The translations under genes and the position numbers were made by a program. The notes beneath the pieces are model-generated. The model was not told where the DNA came from, ran no database searches, and saw nothing but the letters and a program-made list of their open reading frames with translations. A stretch of 64,000 nt of DNA, taken from positions 64,001 to 128,000 of the forward strand of contig JBIPSI010000002.1 of the NCBI GenBank assembly GCA_044070495.1, given 5' to 3'. This DNA comes from Spirulina sp. Its GTDB lineage: Bacteria; Cyanobacteriota; Cyanobacteriia; Phormidesmidales; Phormidesmidaceae. Shown in pieces: positions 9,457 to 20,497 of this stretch (the stretch's first letter is position 1; every line of letters begins with the position of its first letter).

Positions 9457-11181
9457 ATGACGACCTCCCATCCCCTCGGTTCGGTCATTCAAGGATCCCT
9501 TAGTCAGGGGTTAGAAATTCGCCTACATCCCGATATTTCGGTGGAAGAGATGCGGGTAGGCAAGTTTTTGGTGGTGCGGGGGCGGCGATCCCAGTTTTTT
9601 TGCATGTTGACCGATGTGGCCTTGGGCACGGGTAGCCAGCGAATTTTGGCCCATCCCCCAGAGCCAGAAAACCTGTTTTTGCAGGAGGTGCTGGCGGGCA
9701 CGGGCACCTATGGCACCTTGACCCTAATTCCCATGCTGATGTTTACGGAGGGAACCGGGGATAGGGAACAGGAAACAGGAAACAGGGGACGAAAAAATGC
9801 TGCCAAGGATAGCGGAGGAAGCTACATAGCCCACAGTAATGCGGAGGTAGAGCTACTCCCGGTGAAAACGATTCCGGCCCACTTTAGCCAGGTCTATGAG
9901 GCGAGCGAGCGGGATTTTCGGATTATTTTTGGCTGGGAAGATGATCCCCATCGGCGCAATTTTGCCATTGGTCAACCGATTGATATGGAGGTACCCGTCT
10001 GCCTAGATTTAGACCGCTTTGTGGAACGCAGCAACGGCATTTTTGGTAAATCCGGTACCGGCAAATCCTTTTTGACGCGGTTGCTGCTGGCGGGCACCAT
10101 TCAGCGGGGGGCGGCGGTGAATCTCATCTTTGATATGCACTCTGAGTACGGCTGGGAGGCGGTGAGTGAGGGCAAGCAGTTTAGCACCGTCAAGGGGTTG
10201 CGCCAATTGTTTCCGGGGCAGGTGCAGATGTTTACCCTGGATCCAGAATCGACCCAGCGGCGAGGGGTAAATGATGCCCAGGAATTATTTATTGGCTTCG
10301 ACCAAATTGATGTAGAAGATTTGGCCTTGGTGCGGGGAGAACTGAATCTTTCAGAGGCCAGTCTGGAGAATGCGATTATCCTGCGTAACGAATTTGGCAA
10401 GTCCTGGATCAACCGTTTGTTGATGATGACGAACGAGGAAATTCAGGAATTTTGCGAAACCAAAATGGGCAGCAAATCTTCGATTATGGCTCTGCAACGG
10501 AAGCTGACTCGATTAGCCGACTTGAAGTATCTACGCAACACCAGCACCACCAACTACGTGGGTAGAATCCTGGCTGCTTTGGATGAGGGGCAGCATGTGG
10601 TGGTGGAATTTGGATCCCAGTCCACCATGCTGGCCTATATGCTGGCGACAAACGTGATCGCCCGCCGCATCCATGCCAGCTATGTGCAAAAGGCCGACCG
10701 CTTTCTACAAACCAAAAATCCCGTGGATCGGCCCCGCCAACTGATGATTACCATCGAAGAGGCCCACCGTTTTCTCGACCCTGCCACCGCCAAGCAGACT
10801 ATTTTTGGCACCATTGCGCGGGAAATGCGGAAATACTTCGTTACCCTGCTGGTAGTGGATCAGCGGCCCTCCGGCATCGACAACGAGGTGATGTCTCAAA
10901 TTGGCACCCGCATCACCGCCCTGCTCAACGACGAAAAGGACATTGACGCCATTTTTACGGGGGTTTCCGGTGGGCAAAACCTGCGATCCGTCCTGGCCAA
11001 GCTGGACTCTAAACAGCAGGCGCTGATCCTTGGCCATGCCGTGCCCATGCCCGTGGTGGTACGCACCCGTCCCTACGATGCCACTTTCTACGCCCAGGTG
11101 GGCCAAACCACCTGGGAAGACCTGCCCGACGATCTGGTTCTCCCCGCCGCCGCCCAGGCCAAGGCCGATTTGGGTCTATAA
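9457..11181 (+). CDS. HerA/FtsK-like ATPase (DUF87)
   Basis: HAS-barrel-like N-terminus, Walker A GKSGTGKS, DMHSEY, IEEAHRF, DQRPS. Confidence 0.9.
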   Translation: MTTSHPLGSVIQGSLSQGLEIRLHPDISVEEMRVGKFLVVRGRRSQFFCMLTDVALGTGSQRILAHPPEPENLFLQEVLAGTGTYGTLTLIPMLMFTEGTGDREQETGNRGRKNAAKDSGGSYIAHSNAEVELLPVKTIPAHFSQVYEASERDFRIIFGWEDDPHRRNFAIGQPIDMEVPVCLDLDRFVERSNGIFGKSGTGKSFLTRLLLAGTIQRGAAVNLIFDMHSEYGWEAVSEGKQFSTVKGLRQLFPGQVQMFTLDPESTQRRGVNDAQELFIGFDQIDVEDLALVRGELNLSEASLENAIILRNEFGKSWINRLLMMTNEEIQEFCETKMGSKSSIMALQRKLTRLADLKYLRNTSTTNYVGRILAALDEGQHVVVEFGSQSTMLAYMLATNVIARRIHASYVQKADRFLQTKNPVDRPRQLMITIEEAHRFLDPATAKQTIFGTIAREMRKYFVTLLVVDQRPSGIDNEVMSQIGTRITALLNDEKDIDAIFTGVSGGQNLRSVLAKLDSKQQALILGHAVPMPVVVRTRPYDATFYAQVGQTTWEDLPDDLVLPAAAQAKADLGL

Positions 11182-11217
11182 TCCCCAGTCCTGATACTTG
11201 GCCCCTAAAATTCTGGT

Positions 11218-11300
11218 ACAGAACCCCGGTGTCTACCCTTGGAATGGCTAGATCTCGTAGACGCACCGACGCAGAAACCGGGGTTCTCTCAATCCTGAAC
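11218..11300. repeat. 83-bp dispersed repeat, AGAAACCCGGTTTCT family
   Basis: Aligns without gaps to 16862..16944. Confidence 0.85.
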
Positions 11301-11307
11301 CGATGCC

Positions 11308-11928
11308 CTAGGGGTTGACTGGTGTTACCGTCCATTGACCATCGCCAATGTACTGATATTGGGTGCGGGTTTGGGGGTTGCCCCGCAGTTCTAGGTGATC
11401 CACGCCGTCGGGTTGGAGCAGTCCTAGGCAAAACCTAGGCGGCGGGCCGGGATGATGGGCGAGTTCTGCCGATACCTCAAACCCAGAATCATCGTGGCGA
11501 GGGGTGCCTGGGGTGGGCCAGTGGAAGGACTGGCGGCTGGCCTCGGAGAGGGATTCCCAGCGATCCTGACGGGCCTGGAGGAGGGCGGGATCAGCGGTGT
11601 CGGCGGTCACCAAGATAATGGCCCCGGCTAGGCGAAACTGTTCGCGGGTTTGGGTGAAGTACCAGCACAGTTCTCCCCAGGGGGTACCCGTCAAGTCTCT
11701 GACCTTAGCACTGCGGGTATCGGTAACGAACATCAGAGCATTGCTGTGTCCATAGAAGCCCCGAAACACCACCGTGCGGTTTGTGGGACGACCATGGGCG
11801 GCCAGGGTGGCCAGTTGCACGTAGCGGCTATGGGGCTTGCTGCGGTTGCGGTGCATGGCCCTCGCCAGGGGGCTACGCCAGGGGGCTAGGGCATCGGGGT
11901 CAACAACGGCGGTTCCAAAATCAGACAT
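11308..11928 (-). CDS. FMN-dependent PPOX-type flavoprotein (Npun_F5749-like)
   Basis: QLAT, PTNRTVVFRGF, TDTRSAK, CWYFTQTREQFR. Confidence 0.85.
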   Translation of the reverse strand: MSDFGTAVVDPDALAPWRSPLARAMHRNRSKPHSRYVQLATLAAHGRPTNRTVVFRGFYGHSNALMFVTDTRSAKVRDLTGTPWGELCWYFTQTREQFRLAGAIILVTADTADPALLQARQDRWESLSEASRQSFHWPTPGTPRHDDSGFEVSAELAHHPGPPPRFCLGLLQPDGVDHLELRGNPQTRTQYQYIGDGQWTVTPVNP

Positions 11929-12062
11929 ACTAGAAGCTGGGTCTAGAGCAACGTTGAGATTGCTAGGGGGGATTCTAGCCTAGGAGTATCCTAAGCGAGA
12001 TGTTGTGCCCTTCTACCCCATGACCTATCGCGGTTACCTGTTGACCAAGTGAGACTGTACGT

Positions 12063-13157
12063 ATGATCGTTGCCATCCTTTTGCTGATTGCTGGGGGCGG
12101 ACTATTGCTGGTAGGGGCCGAGTCCCTGGTAAAAGGAGCGTCTAGATTGGCGGGATTGTTCGGGATTTCTCCTCTCATTATTGGACTCACCGTAGTCGCC
12201 TACGGCACCAGTGCCCCAGAAATGGCAGTGAGCATTCAGTCTAGTCTGGCGGGCCAGGGAGACATCGCCCTGGGGAACGTGATTGGCAGCAACATTTTTA
12301 ACGTACTAGTCATTTTAGGGCTGTCGTCCTTGGTGGCCCCCTTGGTGGTGGCGCAGCAGCTCATTCGCCTGGATGTGCCCATTATGATTGGGGTTTCGGC
12401 CCTGCTATTTTTCTTTTCCCTCGATCAGCGGCTTCAGCCCTCCGACGGGATCATCCTGCTGATGGGCGGTGTGGTCTATACGGTCTTTTTGATATACCTC
12501 AGCCGCCGCGAAAACAACGCCGACGTTCAGGCCGAATACGATCAAGAATATGGCCTCAAGGAGAGATCCCCATGGAGTTGGCTCACCAACCTGGGCTGGA
12601 TGGTCTTGGGCCTGGGCACCCTAGTCTTGGGGTCGCGCCTGTTTATCAACGGTGCGGTAGACATTGCGACAACCCTTGGCGTTAGCCAACTGGTGATTGG
12701 CTTAACCATTGTCGCGGCTGGCACCTCCCTACCCGAATTAGCCACCTCCGTGGTCGCCACACTGCGCGGCGAACGGGATATTGCTGTGGGCAACGTGGTC
12801 GGCAGCAATATTTTCAATATTTTGACGGTGCTTGGGGTAATGGCCCTGGCATCGGGTAATGGGGTGGCGATTCCCACTGCCGTGCTCCATTTCGACCTGC
12901 CCGTCATGGTGGCGGTCGCCGTGGCATGCATCCCCATCTTTGCCACAGGCAATGTTATCTCCCGCTGGGAGGGGGTGCTGTTTAGTGGCTACTATGTGGC
13001 CTACGCCGCCTACCTGATCCTGCGGGCCTCGGATCATGCCCACCTGGGTCTCTTCAGCCAAATTATGCTGCTGTTTGTGATTCCCATTACGGTGATCACC
13101 CTGGCCACGGTGTTGTTCCGCACTTGGCCCAAGGGGCAGACCCCCGATCAACCCTAG
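12063..13157 (+). CDS. Ca2+/Na+ antiporter (CaCA, YrbG-like)
   Basis: Two alpha repeats: GTSAPE/GNVIGSN and GTSLPE/GNVVGSN. Confidence 0.93.
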   Translation: MIVAILLLIAGGGLLLVGAESLVKGASRLAGLFGISPLIIGLTVVAYGTSAPEMAVSIQSSLAGQGDIALGNVIGSNIFNVLVILGLSSLVAPLVVAQQLIRLDVPIMIGVSALLFFFSLDQRLQPSDGIILLMGGVVYTVFLIYLSRRENNADVQAEYDQEYGLKERSPWSWLTNLGWMVLGLGTLVLGSRLFINGAVDIATTLGVSQLVIGLTIVAAGTSLPELATSVVATLRGERDIAVGNVVGSNIFNILTVLGVMALASGNGVAIPTAVLHFDLPVMVAVAVACIPIFATGNVISRWEGVLFSGYYVAYAAYLILRASDHAHLGLFSQIMLLFVIPITVITLATVLFRTWPKGQTPDQP

Positions 13158-13232
13158 GCCCACCGATCCTAGGGACGCAGGATAAGATCCGAGGTCTGAG
13201 TTCGTTCATCGTTGAAACGTTTTGCCTATCCC

Positions 13233-14825
13233 ATGACCCTTGCCATTGATTTTGGAACCAGCAATACCGTGATCAGCCGCTGGAATGCGGCCCTCCAGAG
13301 ACCCGAAACCGTTGCCCTCCCAGGCTTAAGTTTGGTGCTGGGCAACGATCCGCCCCTGGTACCTAGCTTGGCCTACGTAGAGCGGCGAGGGCCAGAGGGC
13401 CTAGTGGTGGGTCAAGCGGTGCGGGATCGCGGTCTGGATGTCACCACCGATCCCCGGTTTTTTCGCAATGTAAAGCGGGGCATTGGCGTTCCCTGGCGGG
13501 GTTTTTTGCCCGAAATCGACGGTCAAACCGTTACCTTTGATCAGGTCGGCCAGTGGTTCCTAGAAGCCGTTCTTACCCAGGCCAAGGCCGAGACCAACGA
13601 AGCCGACTGCCTGGTGTTCACCGTTCCCGTAGACAGCTTTGAAGCCTATCGATTGTGGCTAGGGGAATTAGCGGAACGGCTGGAGTTTGGCCAAGTACGC
13701 ATGATTGACGAACCCACCGCCGCTGCCCTCGGCTATGGCCTCACCCAGGAGAAAACCCTGCTGGTGATGGACTTTGGCGGCGGCACCCTAGACTGGTCGC
13801 TGGTGCAGTTGGCCACTCCGGTGGAAAAGGCACCGATGGGGTTCATGCTGAAGTGGGGCCGCAAACCCGCCGATCAACCCAGCACCCAAAAGCCCCAAAC
13901 CGCCCGTGTCCTGGCCAAGGCTGGAGAAAACCTGGGCGGAGCCGACATCGACAACTGGCTGGTGGATTACTTTCACCAAACCCAGGGCATTCCCATTTCG
14001 GCCCTCACCCAACGGCTGGCGGAACGGTTGAAGATTCGGCTTTCCGAAGCCCCCACCGCCCAGGAAGTCTACTTTGACGACACCGCCTTCGACACCTACG
14101 ATCTCAGCCTCAACCGCGATCAGTTCGACCAGATTCTGCACCAGCACCAATTCTTTGACCGCTTAGAGGCCAGCCTTAACCAAGTGCTCCAGCAAGCTCG
14201 CCGCCAGGGGGTAGCCCCAGAGGACATCGAAGCGGTGTTGCTGGTGGGGGGCACCGCCCAAATTCCCGCCGTTCAAGCCTGGGTGCAGCAGCGCTTCCCC
14301 GCTGAAAAAATCAAAGCCGACCGCCCCTTTGAAGCCGTCGCCCAGGGGGCACTCCAGGTCAACCTAGGGCTTGAGGTGGAAGACTTTCTCTACCACAGCT
14401 ACGGCATCCGCTACTGGGATCGACGCAACAATTGCCACGGCTGGCACCCCATCATTCAGCAGGGCCAACCCTACCCCATGGCCCAGCCCGTGGAAATCAC
14501 CCTAGGGGCCTCGGTGGAAAAGCAGCCCAGCCTCGAACTGATCCTTGGCGAACTGGGGGAAGCCGCCACCCAAACCGAGGTGTATTTTGAAAACGGTCGC
14601 CTAGTCACCCGCCAACTTTCTGAGGCCAACCGCAGCGTCCAGCCCCTCAACGACAAGGACGGTGCCCGCACCATTGCCCAACTCAATCCGCCCGGATTCC
14701 CTGGCAGTGATCGGGTGCGCGTTCTGTTTTTCGTCGATGCGGATCGCCTATTGCGCATCACCGTCGAGGACATTTTGACCGGGGATACGCTCATGACCAA
14801 CCAAGCCGTCGTCAAACTCAGCTAG
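13233..14825 (+). CDS. Hsp70 family protein (DnaK-like, no lid)
   Basis: [32 protein letters not shown] motifs. Confidence 0.9.
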   Translation: MTLAIDFGTSNTVISRWNAALQRPETVALPGLSLVLGNDPPLVPSLAYVERRGPEGLVVGQAVRDRGLDVTTDPRFFRNVKRGIGVPWRGFLPEIDGQTVTFDQVGQWFLEAVLTQAKAETNEADCLVFTVPVDSFEAYRLWLGELAERLEFGQVRMIDEPTAAALGYGLTQEKTLLVMDFGGGTLDWSLVQLATPVEKAPMGFMLKWGRKPADQPSTQKPQTARVLAKAGENLGGADIDNWLVDYFHQTQGIPISALTQRLAERLKIRLSEAPTAQEVYFDDTAFDTYDLSLNRDQFDQILHQHQFFDRLEASLNQVLQQARRQGVAPEDIEAVLLVGGTAQIPAVQAWVQQRFPAEKIKADRPFEAVAQGALQVNLGLEVEDFLYHSYGIRYWDRRNNCHGWHPIIQQGQPYPMAQPVEITLGASVEKQPSLELILGELGEAATQTEVYFENGRLVTRQLSEANRSVQPLNDKDGARTIAQLNPPGFPGSDRVRVLFFVDADRLLRITVEDILTGDTLMTNQAVVKLS

Positions 14826-15016
14826 CCTCAGCCGAATCGCAACGCCCTCACAGCCCTCATGCCAAAGTCCTCTTTTCCATCACCTTCAGAGGAATCGGGG
14901 GCATACAATACCGGAAGGAAAGGCAGCGGGGAACAGATTGGCTTAGGATTGAAAGGTTCTATCTGTCCCGATTGGCCCTAGGGGTTTGGGAAGGTTCCTC
15001 GGTTAATACAGTCGCC

Positions 15017-16774
15017 ATGAAGTCTACCGTCGCACAGCTTAAGACCCAGATTCAGCGGGCCATGGTCGCCGCCTTTGGGGAAGATCTCGCCGATACCGAC
15101 CCAATGTTGGTGCCCACCAGCAACCCCAAATTTGGTGACTTTCAGGCGAATGTAGCCATGTCCCTCGCCAAGCCCCTCAAGCAAAGCCCCCGCGATATTG
15201 CTCGCCAAATCGTTGAAAATCTGGATCTTGGCGACCTGTGCGACACCCCAGAAATCGCTGGCCCTGGCTTCATTAACCTGCGGCTGAAAACGGCCTATCT
15301 AGAGGGTCAGTTAAAGACGATGCAGGCGGATCCGCGTTTGGGCGTCGCCCCGGTAGAGCAGCCCCAAACGGTGATTGTGGACTTCTCCAGCCCCAACATC
15401 GCCAAGGAAATGCACGTCGGTCACCTGCGGTCTACCATCATTGGTGATTCCATTGCGCGGGTGCAGGAATTCATGGGTCACAGGGTGCTGCGCCTCAACC
15501 ATGTGGGCGATTGGGGCACCCAGTTTGGGATGCTGATTACCCACCTCAAAGAAGCCTGTCCCGAAGCCCTGGAGGCCGATTCCACCGTGGATATTGGCGA
15601 CTTGGTGGCTTTCTACAAACAGGCGAAATTGCGCTTCGATACGGACGACGACTTCAAAACCCGTTCCCGCGAGGCGGTAGTGGACTTACAGGCTGGAGAG
15701 GACACCGCCACCAAAGCCTGGAACGTGCTCTGCGCCCAGTCGCGCCAGGAATTTCAAAAGCTCTACGACCGTCTAGATATTCAGATCCAAGAGCGGGGCG
15801 AATCCTTCTACAACCCCTTCCTCGCGGATGTCGTGAAAGATTTGGAGGCCCAAGGGCTGTTGGTGGAGGATCAGGGCGCAAAGGTGGTGTTTGTGGATGG
15901 CTTCACCAATAAGGACGGCAACCCCCTGCCGCTGATCATCCAAAAAACCGATGGCGGCTACAACTACGCCACCACTGACCTCGCCGCCATCCGCTACCGC
16001 ACCGGAAAAGATGGGGCCGAACGGGTGCTCTATGTCGTCGATGCAGGCCAGGGCAACCACTTCGCCCAGGTGTTCCAGGTCGCTGCCAAGGCCGGGTGGA
16101 TTCCCAACGGAGTCGAACTCACCCACGTTCCCTTTGGGGTGGTGCAGGGGGAAGACGGCAAAAAGTTCAAAACCCGCTCCGGCGACACCGTGCGCCTGAA
16201 GGATTTGCTGGACGAAGCCGTCAGCCGTGCCCGTACCGATCTCGAAACCCGCATTCAAGCCGAGGAACGCCAGGAAACCGAAGACTTCATCCAAAATGTG
16301 GCCGAAGCCGTGGGCATTGGTGCGGTCAAGTACGCAGACCTCAGCCAAAACCGCACCAGCAACTACATCTTCAGCTTCGACAAAATGCTGGCCCTGCAAG
16401 GCAACACCGCCCCCTACATGCTCTATGCCTACGTGCGGGTGCAGGGCATTGCTCGCAAGGGTGGCATCGATTTCGACCACCTCCCCGCCGAGGCCAACCT
16501 GCACCTAGGGGACGACAGCGAATTTGCCCTGGCCCGCTACCTGCTGCAACTGGATACCGTCCTCGAAGAAGTGGCCCAGGATCTCTACCCCAACCGCCTC
16601 TGCCAATACCTGTTTGAACTCAGCCAAACCTTCAACCAGTTCTACGACCGCTGTTCCGTCCTCCAGGCCGAAGAACCCCAGCGTACCTCCCGGCTGATTC
16701 TGTGCGACCTCACCGCCAAAACCCTAAAGCTTGGCCTCTCATTGCTGGGCATTCGCGTGCTGGAACGGATGTAG
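15017..16774 (+). CDS. argS: Arginine--tRNA ligase
   Basis: [45 protein letters not shown]. Confidence 0.97.
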   Translation: MKSTVAQLKTQIQRAMVAAFGEDLADTDPMLVPTSNPKFGDFQANVAMSLAKPLKQSPRDIARQIVENLDLGDLCDTPEIAGPGFINLRLKTAYLEGQLKTMQADPRLGVAPVEQPQTVIVDFSSPNIAKEMHVGHLRSTIIGDSIARVQEFMGHRVLRLNHVGDWGTQFGMLITHLKEACPEALEADSTVDIGDLVAFYKQAKLRFDTDDDFKTRSREAVVDLQAGEDTATKAWNVLCAQSRQEFQKLYDRLDIQIQERGESFYNPFLADVVKDLEAQGLLVEDQGAKVVFVDGFTNKDGNPLPLIIQKTDGGYNYATTDLAAIRYRTGKDGAERVLYVVDAGQGNHFAQVFQVAAKAGWIPNGVELTHVPFGVVQGEDGKKFKTRSGDTVRLKDLLDEAVSRARTDLETRIQAEERQETEDFIQNVAEAVGIGAVKYADLSQNRTSNYIFSFDKMLALQGNTAPYMLYAYVRVQGIARKGGIDFDHLPAEANLHLGDDSEFALARYLLQLDTVLEEVAQDLYPNRLCQYLFELSQTFNQFYDRCSVLQAEEPQRTSRLILCDLTAKTLKLGLSLLGIRVLERM

Positions 16775-16861
16775 CCATGCGCTGCTGGAGTATCGGGAGT
16801 CACCACGGAGGATTTGCTCTAAAAATAGAGCGTTATTTTTTGGGGTGACTAGAACGCCGGA

Positions 16862-16944
16862 ACAGAAACCCGGTTTCTACGCTTGGAAAGGCCAAGCCTC
16901 GTGGGCACACCGACGAAGAAACCGGGTTTCTCTCAATCCTGAAC
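16862..16944. repeat. 83-bp dispersed repeat, AGAAACCCGGTTTCT family
   Basis: Second copy of 11218..11300, between convergent genes. Confidence 0.85.
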
Positions 16945-16956
16945 TGCTGTCCTAGC

Positions 16957-18183
16957 TCACCCCCGCCGACCTTGCCGCCGATTCCGCCAAAAATATCCCC
17001 CCAACAGCAGGGCGGAGAGCAAAGAGATCGCTGGGCCATTGGGTACGGGTTGGGGTGTGGGCGTGGGCCGCACCGGGGGCAAATCGGCACGGGCAACGAG
17101 TTGTACCAAGGGATCTGGCTCAGGAATGGTAATTTCTGGCTCCTGGGGAAGGTCGGGTAGCCAGGGTTGAGGTGAAAGGCCGAGGGGTTCCTGGAAGGTT
17201 ACAGAATCTCCGCCCAGCGTTCCCGCTGTCCACGGTTCTCCCGCCACTTGAGAACGGGTGTCGGATGTGGCTTCTGGGGGCCGAAACCAGGGTACAGCGG
17301 CGGCGTAGCCTGGGGTATCGGCACCCACAACGTTGCCAGTCCTGGGTTCTAAGGACAATTCTGGGGGCGCAGGTTGGCTATCTGGAACGGGGGGAAGCGT
17401 CAGGGCTACGGCATCGGGGGCGGCATCTAGGAAAGCGGGGGTTGTTGTTGGGGGGCCAACGGCACCGCTGGCGGGGAACTGATTAGGCTGGTCGCCCAGC
17501 AGCGGGCTTTGGCGGACAAAGTCGATTTGCGCCTGGGTGAGCTGCCCCAGATTGGCCCCATCGGGGGTGATCTCCGCAATGGAGAGGGGCGAACGGCGGC
17601 TGAGGCCATCGGTCATCAGGTTGTTGGCTCCTCCAGCCCCAAAGTTGCCGTGGGTGAGGCCCAGGTTGTGGCCAATTTCGTGGCCCACAGTATCGATGCG
17701 GTCTAGGCCGTTGTTAAAGCCCAGCAGGTTGTCGCTGACCACCACACCATTCAGGTCAATCCAGCCGAGGCCGAGGGTTTCGGTATCGTTGTCGTAGGCA
17801 AAAATGCGATCCACAAACCACAGGTTCAGTGGTCCCGTGGTGCGGGTAGAGAGCGGGTGACGACCGAAGGCCCCCGATCCTCCACCAAAGGAGAGTTCTG
17901 AAAACTCCTGTTGATCATCAATGGTGAGAAAGCGGCTGTCGTTGAGGCGGTTGGGGGTGAGGAAATCAATCACCACATTGGCCTGCGCCCAGAGTTTGCG
18001 AGTCGCTTCCTCAAAAAGGGCCAATTCGGCACAAATTAGGCCAAAATCGTCGCAAACCTGGATCGGCTGCACGCTGAGAAATCGCGTAGGGGGGGCTGAG
18101 CCAGAGTCAGATCCACCACCACCGCAGGCCGTTAGGGTTAGGGAAAACCCAACCGCAATCCAGTACCTAGATTTCACAACCAT
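16957..18183 (-). CDS. Secreted zinc metalloprotease-like lipoprotein with PEP-CTERM-like tail
   Basis: Lipobox LTAC, HEIGHNLGLTH zinc motif, Pro-rich linker, VPNGP-TM-RNRR tail. Confidence 0.75.
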   Translation of the reverse strand: MVVKSRYWIAVGFSLTLTACGGGGSDSGSAPPTRFLSVQPIQVCDDFGLICAELALFEEATRKLWAQANVVIDFLTPNRLNDSRFLTIDDQQEFSELSFGGGSGAFGRHPLSTRTTGPLNLWFVDRIFAYDNDTETLGLGWIDLNGVVVSDNLLGFNNGLDRIDTVGHEIGHNLGLTHGNFGAGGANNLMTDGLSRRSPLSIAEITPDGANLGQLTQAQIDFVRQSPLLGDQPNQFPASGAVGPPTTTPAFLDAAPDAVALTLPPVPDSQPAPPELSLEPRTGNVVGADTPGYAAAVPWFRPPEATSDTRSQVAGEPWTAGTLGGDSVTFQEPLGLSPQPWLPDLPQEPEITIPEPDPLVQLVARADLPPVRPTPTPQPVPNGPAISLLSALLLGGYFWRNRRQGRRG

Positions 18184-18446
18184 CGGCTAAAAGAGCACAG
18201 GGGGCTACGCAAAGCATCGTTAAAGAGGGCACACGCATAATCGCGGGACGTTGATATCGAGAGACTAGTTCCAGAAGCTGGACTCCAGGAATTTACGGAT
18301 TGCTCCGGGAAACTACGGATATTCCATGGCCACTGTAGCGAATCCGTCTGGCCAGAGTCCCCTCAAACAACGGAGCTTCATGGAAAATTTAAAGCTGTCG
18401 CGCCCAATTTCCTGGAGCGTACGGATGCCAAGGGATTCGGCATCCA

Positions 18447-18483
18447 ACAAAAAACCCAGGGTTCTTCAAGAACCCTGGGTTTT
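18447..18483 (-). terminator. Intrinsic terminator of ftsH (CCCAGGGTTCTT palindrome family)
   Basis: AAAACCCAGGGTTCTTCAAGAACCCTGGGTTTT palindrome followed by a T-run on the minus strand. Confidence 0.75.
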
Positions 18484-18507
18484 GAGTGTTCAGCGAGGGA
18501 CTACCGC

Positions 18508-20349
18508 TTAGGCAATGGAGGCCATGCGAACGTCACTCGTGGCTAGCAGTTGTTGAAGCTCGTCGGCATCGACGGTTTCTTTGTCCACCAGCATCCGAGC
18601 CAGTTGGTCAAGGATGTGGCGGTTGCTCACTAGCACATCCTTGGCACGACGATAGGCTTCGTCCACCAGGGAGCGCACCTCGGAGTCGATGGTAGCGGCG
18701 GTTTCTTCGGAGAAATCGCGCTCGGCGGCGATGTCGCGGCCTAGGAACATGTTGCCCTGCTGACGGCCAAGGGCCACGGGGCCGAGCTTGTCACTCATGC
18801 CGAAGCGAGTCACCATTTGACGGGCCACACGGGCCACCTGTTGCAGGTCATTGGAAGCACCCGTGGTCACTTCCTCTTCGCCGAAGATGATCTCTTCAGC
18901 AATGCGGCCACCGAGGGCAACGGCCATCTGGTTTTGCAGGTAGGAGCGGGAGTAAAGGCCCGACTCTAGCCGATCTTCGCTGGGGGTAAACCAGGTGAGA
19001 CCACCCGCCCGACCACGAGGAATGATGCTGATCTTCTGCACGGGGTCGTAGTCCGGCATTAGGGCACCAACGAGGGCATGGCCTGCTTCGTGGTAGGCGA
19101 CTAGTTCTTTGCGGCGTTCGCTCATGACGCGGTCTTTCTTCTCAGGGCCAGCCAGCACCCGGTCGATGGCATCGTTCACCTCATCCATGGAGATTTCGGT
19201 GAGGTTGCGGCGGGCGGCCAGAATCGCGGCCTCGTTCAGCAGGTTAGACAGGTCGGCCCCGGTGAAGCCAGGGGTACGACGGGCGATCTTTTGCAGATCC
19301 ACATCCTTGGAGAAGGTCTTGCCACGGGCGTGGACGTTGAGGATTTCCAGGCGTCCGGCATAGTCGGGCCGATCCACCACCACCTGACGGTCGAATCGAC
19401 CGGGGCGCAGCAGGGCGGCATCTAACACGTCGGGGCGGTTGGTGGCGGCGATGATGATGATGCCCGTGTTGCCCTCAAAGCCGTCCATTTCGGTCAGCAG
19501 TTGGTTGAGGGTTTGTTCGCGCTCGTCGTTGCCGCCGCCAAGACCCGCACCGCGCTGACGGCCTACGGCGTCAATCTCGTCGATGAACACGATACAGGGC
19601 GCGTTGGCCTTGGCCTGTTCAAATAGGTCGCGGACGCGAGAGGCACCGACCCCCACAAACATCTCCACAAACTCGGAACCGGAGATAGAGAAGAAGGGCA
19701 CCCCAGCTTCGCCAGCCACAGCCTTGGCCAGCAGGGTTTTACCCGTCCCCGGAGGGCCAACCAACAGCACACCCTTGGGAATTTTGGCCCCCACGGCGGT
19801 GAAGCGGTCAGCGTTCTTGAGGAAGTCCACCACTTCGGTCAATTCCAGTTTGGCCTGCTCAATACCCGCCACATCACCAAAGGTGACCTGGGTTTGAGGC
19901 TCCATCTGCACCCGGGCCTTGGACTTACCAAAGTTCATGGCCTGGTTGCCGGGGCCGTTTTGGGCGCGGCGCAACACAAAGAACAGCACCACCAACAGCA
20001 GTACCGGGATCAGCAACGTGCTGAAGGCGCGAACCCAAACGCTATCGTCGCTTTGGGGCAGCACCACAATGTCCACATTGTTGGTTTCTAGGGTGTTGAT
20101 CAGTTCAGGATCGTTGGGAAGGTTAACGACGATCTGGCCGTTACCCTCGGGATCGGTGAACCGAGCCTTGGTGCGGTCAGAGCTGATGCTGACCCGCTCG
20201 ATTTGATTACCTTGCACAGCATCGAGGAACTTGCTGTAGCGCCAAGTCTGGGTTTCGACCCCAGATCCATCGAAAATAGCCGTGGCCAGAGCGATGACCA
20301 CAATGACCAGCAGTGCGTATAGACCTGCATTTCTCCACCGTTTGTTCAC
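18508..20349 (-). CDS. ftsH: ATP-dependent zinc metalloprotease FtsH, FtsH3-like
   Basis: [13 protein letters not shown]-terminus, [13 protein letters not shown]. Confidence 0.96.
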   Translation of the reverse strand: MNKRWRNAGLYALLVIVVIALATAIFDGSGVETQTWRYSKFLDAVQGNQIERVSISSDRTKARFTDPEGNGQIVVNLPNDPELINTLETNNVDIVVLPQSDDSVWVRAFSTLLIPVLLLVVLFFVLRRAQNGPGNQAMNFGKSKARVQMEPQTQVTFGDVAGIEQAKLELTEVVDFLKNADRFTAVGAKIPKGVLLVGPPGTGKTLLAKAVAGEAGVPFFSISGSEFVEMFVGVGASRVRDLFEQAKANAPCIVFIDEIDAVGRQRGAGLGGGNDEREQTLNQLLTEMDGFEGNTGIIIIAATNRPDVLDAALLRPGRFDRQVVVDRPDYAGRLEILNVHARGKTFSKDVDLQKIARRTPGFTGADLSNLLNEAAILAARRNLTEISMDEVNDAIDRVLAGPEKKDRVMSERRKELVAYHEAGHALVGALMPDYDPVQKISIIPRGRAGGLTWFTPSEDRLESGLYSRSYLQNQMAVALGGRIAEEIIFGEEEVTTGASNDLQQVARVARQMVTRFGMSDKLGPVALGRQQGNMFLGRDIAAERDFSEETAATIDSEVRSLVDEAYRRAKDVLVSNRHILDQLARMLVDKETVDADELQQLLATSDVRMASIA

Positions 20350-20497
20350 CGGGGTAATGCCTCCACTAATGGGTTGAACGTGAATGGGAACCGTGTTATC
20401 TCAGAACAAGTTTTGAGTAAACCGATTAATTAGAAGATTATTAACTAATGTTAACGCCATCTGCCAGAATGGGCCATCTTCCGGCCCAATTTTTGGG

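Noticed and set aside
18290..18322. TACGGAT direct repeat with 20-nt period
   Set aside because: Too short to assign to a regulator.
20425..20456. Possible HLR1/RpaB site upstream of ftsH
   Set aside because: AT-rich, but only a weak match to the (G/T)TTACA(T/A)(T/A) direct repeat.
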